From NCBI RefSeq assembly GCF_004010195.1, contig NC_057750.1, forward strand, positions 2,108,929 through 2,152,205: 43,277 nucleotides of DNA, read 5' to 3'. This DNA comes from Chiloscyllium plagiosum (taxonomy: Eukaryota). Shown one piece after another: positions 35,614-43,277 of this stretch. The notes beneath the pieces are model-generated. The model was not told where the DNA came from, made no database searches, and saw only the letters and a list, made by a program, of their open reading frames with translations. Within the stretch, counting starts at the first letter, position 1. Every line of letters starts with the position of its first letter. Position numbers and translations under genes: made by a program.

Positions 35614-36020
35614 ATGTTCAGTTGGATGAAGAAACACGAGAAGAAGAAGGAGGAGGTGATTGAGAAAGCTCACACAGTGACTGAGGGGCTGAAGGAATTG
35701 TACAAAACGAAGCTTCTGCCTCTGGAGAACTTCTACAAGTTTCACGATTTCCACACCCCCTCCCTGGAAGATGCAGATTTCGACAATAAGCCCATGATCC
35801 TGGTGGTGGGACAGTATTCCACCGGGAAGACCACTTTCATCCAATACTTACTGGAGGAGGATTTCCCTGGGAGTAGAGTGGGACCCGAACCCACCACTGA
35901 CTCCTTCATTGCTGTGATGCATGGAGAGACAGAGAGTGTGATCCCTGGGAACGCCTTAATGGTGGACGCCAACAAACCTTTCCGCAAACTGACCCCTTTT
36001 GGAAATTCCTTTCTCAACAG
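35614..36020 (+). CDS. EHD2: EH domain-containing protein 2, first coding exon (N-terminus and dynamin-like G-domain P-loop), ends phase 2
   Basis: aaaATG start. MFSWMKK...LKELYKTKLLPLE..YKFHDFHTPSLEDADFDNKPMILVVGQYSTGKTTFIQYLLE..PGSRVGPEPTTD...PFGNSFLNR, donor AG|GTAAAT at the conserved EHD exon boundary. FIQYLLE/GSRVG residues and position downstream of BICRA favour EHD2 over EHD1/3/4. Confidence 0.92.
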
Positions 36021-37231
36021 GTAAATAAAAACCCTCCCCACTAACCTCCTCGAAGTTATCTTTCAAAATTTTCACCTGAAAAAGGGAATTAAATTAACAC
36101 TTTGCGGGGAAAACAAACAAAGTGCACATCGTGGAAAAAGAGCAGGGACTGTATTCGGGACGCACTTCCAAGTGAGAGCCAGCATTCATATAATGGGCCG
36201 AGTGGCCGTCTCCTGGGCTGTGTGATTGGAGTCCACGCCACAGGGCTGTCTGAATTTGCTTTGTACCCGGATTGGCCAATCTTGGTTAAAACCCTGAGAT
36301 GGAAGAGTAGAGTAGGCCATTCGGCCCAGGGGGTCTGTTCCCCCCCCCCCCCAGTCCTGGCTGATTGGAACCCTCTCAGCTTTCCTGCCTTTAGCCTCTA
36401 ACCCTCCATCCCCTTCCTGGTTAGAAACCTGTCTCTCTCAGCCTTGAATATACCGAATGGCCCAGCCTCCAGAGCGCTCTGTGGTGAAAAAGAAATTCCA
36501 CTCCCCTCTGGGAGAAGAAATTCCTCGTCATCTCTGTCTTCACTGGGCGACTGGTCACTCTGAGGTGATGCTACTTCCCCTCTGGTCATCAACCCCCCCA
36601 CAACAAGGGAATGACCTTGCATTGTCTCCCCTGTCAGATCTCCTGAGGAGCTTGTATAATTCAACAAGGTTCCTTCTCATTCTTTGGCTGTTAGCTTCAG
36701 TCCCTCTTGAAGGTGAGGGTGCTGGAGGGGGAGGGGTGGGTGTGGGGTGGGGGGGGGTGAATATTGAGCAGGGTCGGTATTCCCGATGGCTGCAGGGCGT
36801 TAGAGAGCAACTCCTTTTAGCCCACACAGTGGTTCCTCCACAAAGTCAAGAAACCCCAACTCTGAGCCTCATCACGCACTCGGACAATGGCCCTCCTGGT
36901 GGAACTACTTTACGAAATGAAATCGCCATGTTCCAGTTACAGAGCCCCGTGCCTGATAATTCCCTCTCCTCCGGCTGGAGAGAATTCCTCACAGAGACCA
37001 GCTCACCAGATCAGAATTTTAATCTGACCGTTTCCCCGGCCAGCCCCATCCCGTTAAGGTTTTGCTGTAATCCTGGCTGCCTTTCCCTTTTCTGAAAGTA
37101 AGTGATGATTGAATCTGCTTCCACATTCCAAACCACAACAACTCAGGCTTAAAACACCTCTACATGTACTCATTCCCAATCCTCCCACCCTCTACTTCTG
37201 TCAGTTTCCTTAAACATGTCCCCTCTGGTTC

Positions 37232-37432
37232 CCAGATTCTGGATCAGTGGTGCTGGAAGAGCACAGCAATTCAGGCAGCATCCGAGGACAGGCAAAATCG
37301 ACGTTTCGGGCAAAAGCCGCTTTTGCCCGAAACGTCGATTTTGCCTGTCCTCGGATGCTGCCTGAATTGCTGTGCTCTTCCAGCACCACTGATCCAGAAT
37401 CTGGTTTCCAGCATCTGCAGTCATTGTTTTTA
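37232..37432. mobile_element. Very young Penelope-like palindrome (family A): perfect 86-bp arms, 1-nt spacer
   Basis: 37232-37317 is the exact reverse complement of 37319-37404. Direct repeat cccctctggttccca at 37220-37234 and 37433-37447. Confidence 0.88.
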
Positions 37433-38180
37433 CCCCTCTGGTTCCCAACCCTCTCACCAAAGGAAACTTCTGTCACTGAGGTGGAGTAGGCCATTCGGCC
37501 CCCTCAGGGCCATTCCACTGTGTCTGATAGTGGCCCTGACTACTGATTCCTTTTCTCTTCATTTGGAGGATGTGGGAGTATCTGACTGGGCCCAGCATTT
37601 ATTGCCCTCCCCCAATTGCCCAGAGGGCAGTTAAGAGTCAACCACACGGCTGTGGGGCTGGAGTCACATGTAGGCCAGACTAGCTGATTTCATTCCAGGA
37701 CTAGTGACCCAGATAGAGTTTTCCTTCAACAGCTGGCATCATCAGACACTTAATTCCAGATTTTTATTGAATTCAAACTTCACCATCTGCCGTGGCAGGA
37801 TTTGAACTCAGATTCCTCAAGCATTACCTGGGTCTCTGGATTAAGAGTCCAGCGATAATACCACCAGGCCATTGCCTCCCGTAAACAATCCTAGGCATCT
37901 ACTGGTACCGTTACTCCTAATCGTTTTGAACCTCTTTATTGAATCTCCCATCGCTGGTGCTGCTCAGACACCTCCCTTTCAGGGCATTCACTTACAGGTT
38001 TTGTAGAAATAATATATGGATACCTGCAGAACTAGATGTAGATGGTGTTGCAGGAGAGAAAGGAAGTTATTCACTGAAGAGCAGCACGTCACTATAAACC
38101 ATGACTTTGAGATCATTGTCAATGCAGTTAATAATTTCCAAATGACAGCACACATTTCTCTGATTACATCCCTCTCTTTC

Positions 38181-39365
38181 GTACACGGACCAAATACTTA
38201 ACTTCAGAAGCAATCATCCCAAAACTCACAAACGGAGCTGCATCAAGACATTATTTTAAGGAGCTACATCACACTGCAGCACCCAAGAACTACAAAAAGC
38301 AGAAGAAAAATACAGGTTTTCAAGAAAAATGGGTACCCAATAAACACAATCCACTGATTCCTCAGAAACAAACCCAAACAAGCAGACACAATGCAACCAA
38401 AAACTAAAACCACAATAACTTACATCAAAGACATATCAGAAATGACTTGCAGACTACTCAGTCCCCTTGACATCATGGTAGCCCACAAACCTACCAAGAC
38501 ACTTGAACTGCAATAATGAACCTAAAGGATCCATTAGATACTATCAGCAAGTCATTTGCAAGATGCCATGCAAGAACTGTAAAAAAAACACTACATTGGA
38601 CGAATTATCAGGCCATCAAGATACGTGAACACCAACTGGCCACCAAAAGACATAACCCACTATCACTAGTTTCTGTACATACAGACAAAGAAGGACACCA
38701 CTTTCACTGGGACAACACACACATCCTAGGACAGACGAAACAAAGACACGCACAAGAATTCTTAGAGACATGGCATTCTAACCAGAACTCCATCCATAAA
38801 CACATCGATTTAGTTCCTATCTACCTTCCCTTGGAAAAAAAGAACCAGAAATGACATCACCCACCATCAGAAACCAAGACTTATAAATCGAGAGGCGGGA
38901 CATACCACCAGCACTTCACCAGAGACTCCCACTGATTATGTTACCTAGTCATGATTAGATTCGATTCCCTACAGTGTGGAAACAGGCTTTCGGCCCAACA
39001 AGTCCACACCGACCCTCTGAAGAGCAACCCACCCAGACCCATTCCCCTACATTTACCCCTTCACCTAACACTATGGGCAATTTAGCATGGCCAATTCACC
39101 AAACCAGCACATTTTTGGACTGTTGGAGGAAACCAGGGCACTCAGAGGAAACCCACGCAGACACGGGGAGAATGTGCAAACTCCACACAGACAGACACCC
39201 GAGGTGGGAATTGAACCCGGGTCTCTGGTGCTGTGAGGCAGCAGTGCTAACCACTGTGCCACCGTGCCACCCTAATAGTGACGAAATGTCTGAAAACAAA
39301 CCTCCCAGCTCAGCGAGCTAACTTATAGACTTATCATCAACCAGAGCTACAAATCTGCTCAAAAT
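38181..39365 (+). mobile_element. 5'-truncated Penelope-like retroelement (family C): RT C-terminus, GIY-YIG remnant and terminal repeat, interrupted by an HE1 SINE
   Basis: Encodes HTDQILNFRSNHPKTHKRSCIKTLF*GATSHCS and IREHQLATKRHNPLSLVSVHTDKEGHHFHWDNTHILGQ...EFLETWHS. 12-bp direct repeat tccctctctttc at 38169-38180 and 39366-39377. Confidence 0.88.
38953..39272 (-). mobile_element. HE1-like SINE, full length
   Basis: Head ggtggcacggtggcacagtggttagcactgctgcc on the - strand. Confidence 0.9.
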
Positions 39366-39804
39366 TCCCTCTCTTTCTCTCCACTCAGTGTGACCTGGTC
39401 CTAAATCTAGCATCAATTCTGGGAACAGAACAGAAATGGCCATTCCCAAAGGAAAGAAATTTCCCAACTTTTGGATTTCCTTGACACTTTACCCCAGTGG
39501 TTGGTTGACCAGACGTTGCAACTTTGCAGCACGTTTAATGCTGGAATAGATTGTCCATAATAACTTTGTGCCTTGTCTCTGCACTCACTTCCTTCTCTGA
39601 TGTCCTGCTTTGTAATGTTACCTGTCACCGTCCCCACCTCAATTCACCCGATAATCAAATATCCTTCCCTAACTCTGAATAGAACCACTCACTGGTTTTA
39701 AACGGACACCAGATACGACCTCACCAAAGCTGGAAGGATAATTATGGCTCTTGTATTGTTCATGTGGCTAACATTGGCGCAATGGTCCCAAGTATTTTAT
39801 TAAA

Positions 39805-40950
39805 TCACTGGATGTAGGCACTGCTGTTTGGACGAATGTTTATTGGCCCGTCCCTAGTTGCCCCCCTTGAGAAGGTGGGGGTGAGCTGCCTTCTTGAACT
39901 GCTGCAGTCCATGTGCTGTGGGTTGAGCCACAATGCCCTTAGGGAGGGAATTCCAGGATTCTGACCCAGTGACAGTGAAGGAACGGCGATATATTTTCAA
40001 ATCAGGATGGTGAGGGACTTGGAGGGGAACTTGCAGGGGGTGGTGTTCCCATGTATCTGCTGCCCCTTGTCCTTCTAGATGGAAGTGGCCGTGGGTTTGG
40101 AAGGTGCTGTCTGAGGCTTTTTGGTGAGTTTCTGCAGTGCATCTTGTAGGTGGTCCACACTGCTGCTACTGAGCATCGGTGGTGGAGGGAGAGGGTATTT
40201 GAAGATGTGGTGCCAATCAAGTGGGGCCTGCTTTGTCCTGGATGGTGTTGAGCTTCTTGAGTGTTTGTTGGAGCTGCCCCCATCCAGGGCAAGTGGGGAG
40301 TATTCCCTCATACTCCTGACTTGTGCCTTGGAGATGATGGACAGGCTTTGGGGAGTCAGGAGGGGAGTTACTCGCTGCAGGATTCCCAGCCTCTGACCTG
40401 CTCTTGTAGCCGCTGTGTTTATGTGGTGAGTCCAGTTGAGTTTCTAGTCAATGACAACCCCCAGGATGTTGGTAGTGAGGGATTCAGTGATGGCGATGCC
40501 ATTGAATGTCAAGAGGTGATGATTAGATTGTCTCTTTTTGGAGATGGTCATTGCCTGGCACTTATGGGGCACAAATGTTACTTGCCACTTGTCAGCCCAA
40601 GCCTGGATATTGTCTGGATGTTTCTGCATTTGAACATGGACTGCTTCAGTATCTGAACATTGTGCAGTCATTAGCAAACATCCCCATTTCTGACCTTTTG
40701 ATGGAGGGAAGGTCATTGATGAAGAAGCTGAAGGTGGTTGACCCCAGGACACTCCCCTGAGGAACTCCTGCAGAGATGTCCTGGAGCTGAGATGACTGAC
40801 CTCCAACAATCCCATCTTCCTGTGTGCCAGGCATGACTCCAACCAGTGGAGAGTTTGCCCCCTGATACCCATTGATTCCAGTGTGCCAGGGCTCCTTGAT
40901 GCCACACTCGGTCAAATATGACCTAATGTCAAGGGATGTCACTCTCATGC
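39805..40950 (-). mobile_element. 5'-truncated L2/CR1-superclade LINE (RT C-terminus and 3' UTR)
   Basis: ORF fragments GVPQGSVLGSTTFSFFINDLP..MFANDC and IQAWADKWQVTFVPHKCQAMTIS. Confidence 0.88.
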
Positions 40951-41186
40951 CCGGGGTTTGGTTTTTTTGATCGATGAACTATTGATCTGCCTGGTCCCCT
41001 GTTTCTAGTTGAACATGGGGGAAATCATTTACAACTGTAAAGCTGACAGACCGCCACCTGTTCAAACCTGACCTAGCCACCTCCTGGAGAATGTTCCTCT
41101 TATCCCAAGTGGAAATTGCCAACCTCAGTCGCAGTGATTCCTCGTGCTTCACCTCTGGCATCTGGGTCCCTAAGTTCCAGAATTTT

Positions 41187-41495
41187 AGATTAGATTCCCT
41201 ACGGTGTGGAAACAGGCCCTTCAGCCCAACAAGTCCACACCGACCCTCCGAAGAGTAACCCACCCAGACCCATTCCCCTCTGACTAATGCAGCTAACACT
41301 GTGGGCAATTTAGCACGGCCAATCCCACCCTAACCTGCACATCTTTGGATTGTGGGAGGAAACCGGAGCATCCGGAGGAAACCCACGCAGACACGGGGAG
41401 AATGTGCAAACTCCACACAGACAATTGCCCGAGGCTGTAATTGAACCCGGGTCCCTGGTGCTGTGAGGCAGCAGTGCTAACCACTGACCCACCAT
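41187..41495 (-). mobile_element. HE1-like SINE
   Basis: Match to other copies. Confidence 0.9.
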
Positions 41496-41715
41496 GAATT
41501 CCCTCCGTAAACTTGTCAACTGTCCATCTGACTTTCAGATGGCCCTTAGAACCTACCCCTTTGATGAAGACTTTGACCATCTACCCTCCTGACTCCTGAA
41601 GCAGCCCGATGTTTGTTAGCTTCCCCTGTGAGGCGCTCTTGGTATGTTTTATCGCACCGAAGGCACTTTGTAGATGCAGGTTGTTGTTGTTGTTGTTGTT
41701 GTGGTTGGGTTGGGG

Positions 41716-41809
41716 TTCCTGATGAAGGGCTCATGCCTGAAACGTCGACTCTCCTGCTCCTCGGATGCTGCCTGACCTGCTGTGCTTTTCCAGCGCTGTG
41801 CTTTTGACT
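41716..41809 (+). ncRNA. Single-arm family A repeat with hammerhead core at 41719-41746, next to a (GTT)n tract
   Basis: CUGAUGA-A-GGGC-UCAU-GCCU-GAAAC-GUC in sense orientation in the EHD2 intron. Confidence 0.65.
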
Positions 41810-42378
41810 GGTTCGGTTGGGGGTCTTGGCTGTAGCGAGGGCACCATCTGATTGGCTTTTGAAGATGAAATGTTCAGTTTCCAGAGAATGTGAGGCCATT
41901 TCTTTGTGAATTTGAATTTTTATTCGATCATCTGGATGTACGTCACAGCTGCCATCGGGTCAAGGGAAGATGACAAGGGAATTGTTGAAAAAACTGACAA
42001 AGGGAAGGAGCTGTGTTACCCTGAGCTGCTCTAGGCCTATACGTGACTCCAGTCCCACACCTACTCTGCCCTTAACCAGCCAGTGAGGACCTCTCAAAAT
42101 CCACTCATTTTCAGAGCAATTAAAAACAAGCATTAAGTGCCAACATCAGGAATAAATTCATTGGAGATAAACGGCAGGCATTTGTTAAAAGTTTCAGTGA
42201 TTTGTTGACTTTGCTTAAAGCGTTTGTGGGAAAGCAAAGAGAGAAACAGGGCCAGGAATTCTCCTGTGCTCTGTGAGGGAAAGAGATGACCTTATTTGTC
42301 GAGAATCTGGAATGATTATAGTGTTTGCTGTGCCAAGTACATGCTTCTGGTAAAGACTTGGAATTGGAGCCTGACTTT

Positions 42379-42692
42379 CATAGAATCCCTACAGTGTGGA
42401 AGCAAGCCATTCAGCCCATCGAATGGACAACAGCCCTCCAAAGAGCTTCCCATCCAGAGTAATACTATCCTTGCAACACTGCGTTCCCCATGGCTAACTT
42501 ACACATTCCCGAACACGTTGAGCGATTTCCCACAGCCAATCCACCTTGACCCGTACATCTTTGGACAGTGGGAGGAAACCCACACAGACACGGGGAGAAT
42601 GTGCAAACTCCACACAGACAGTCACCCCGAGGCTGGAGTCGAACCAGGGTCCCTGGCACTGGGAGGCAGCAGTGCTAACCACTGAGCCAACA
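42379..42692 (-). mobile_element. HE1-like SINE
   Basis: Match to other copies. Confidence 0.87.
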
Positions 42693-42984
42693 TGCTGGAC
42701 CAGAGAGATAGTTACAGAGGGAATTACTTGGACAAAGATCCAACCTAATTGGTGGGGTAGAGGGCAGCGTCTTCTTGTCATTCAGGGTCAGAGTTAGGAC
42801 AGATCTAGGGGAAGGGGCAGACATGGGGAGGGGTGGGGCACGTGGAGAGGGGACATGGGGCAGAGGGCAAGGGAGGGATGGGGCATGGGGAGGGGTGGCT
42901 TAGGGAGGGGAGAGTACGGGGAGGGTAATGAGGCAATTCCCCTCACGTTTTTTCCTGCTCCTCCGAGATGTCCATCCCGTCTGT

Positions 42985-43277
42985 GCGAACTTCCCAGCAC
43001 CCGGCCCATATCTCTCCAAACCCTTAATATTCATGTCCCCATCCAGATGCCTTTAAAATGTTGCAATTGTATCACCCTCCACCACATCCTCTGGCAGCTC
43101 ATTCCACACACGTACCACCCTCTGCGTGAAAAAGTTGCCCCTTAGGTCTCTTGCCCCCTCTCACCCTAAACCTATGCCCCTCTAGTTCTGGACTCCCCCA
43201 CCCCAGAGAAAAGACTTTGTCTATTTATCCTATCCATGCCCCTCATAATTTTATAAACCTCTAGAAGGTCACCCCTC
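42985..43277 (-). mobile_element. CR1-like LINE 3' region, runs off the window end
   Basis: Similar to 24155-24327 and 32650-32930; ends in aggtcacccctc (reverse of RGDL codons). Confidence 0.8.

Noticed and set aside
36457..37095. 212-aa ORF in the EHD2 intron
   Set aside because: It runs through an antisense CR1 remnant and G-rich low-complexity DNA with no recognisable domain.
36021..43277. Second EHD2 coding exon (expected FMCAQLPN...DTPGILSG)
   Set aside because: Not found by eye; it probably lies beyond the window end.

Overview
Vertebrate genomic DNA, almost certainly a shark (HE1-type and Deu-type SINEs, HER1/CR1-like LINEs; species not determinable from sequence alone). The + strand carries the 3' part of BICRA/GLTSCR1: seven visible coding exons from 510 to 15522, with one more exon required by reading phase and probably hidden in the 500-N gap at 6834-7333. 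A probable ~7 kb, repeat-poor 3' UTR follows, then the first coding exon of EHD2 (35614-36020), the same gene order as human 19q13. Introns and the intergenic region are dense with nested retroelements. The most unusual signal is a set of Penelope-like (GIY-YIG) retroelement remnants from at least three sequence families. Their terminal repeats carry minimal hammerhead-ribozyme cores (CUGANGA-x-stem II-GAAA-palindromic ACGU/AGCU). They are usually inserted as tail-to-tail palindromes, often with ~14-bp target-site duplications, inside BICRA and EHD2 pre-mRNA. All calls are by eye and family names are from recall, not database searches.
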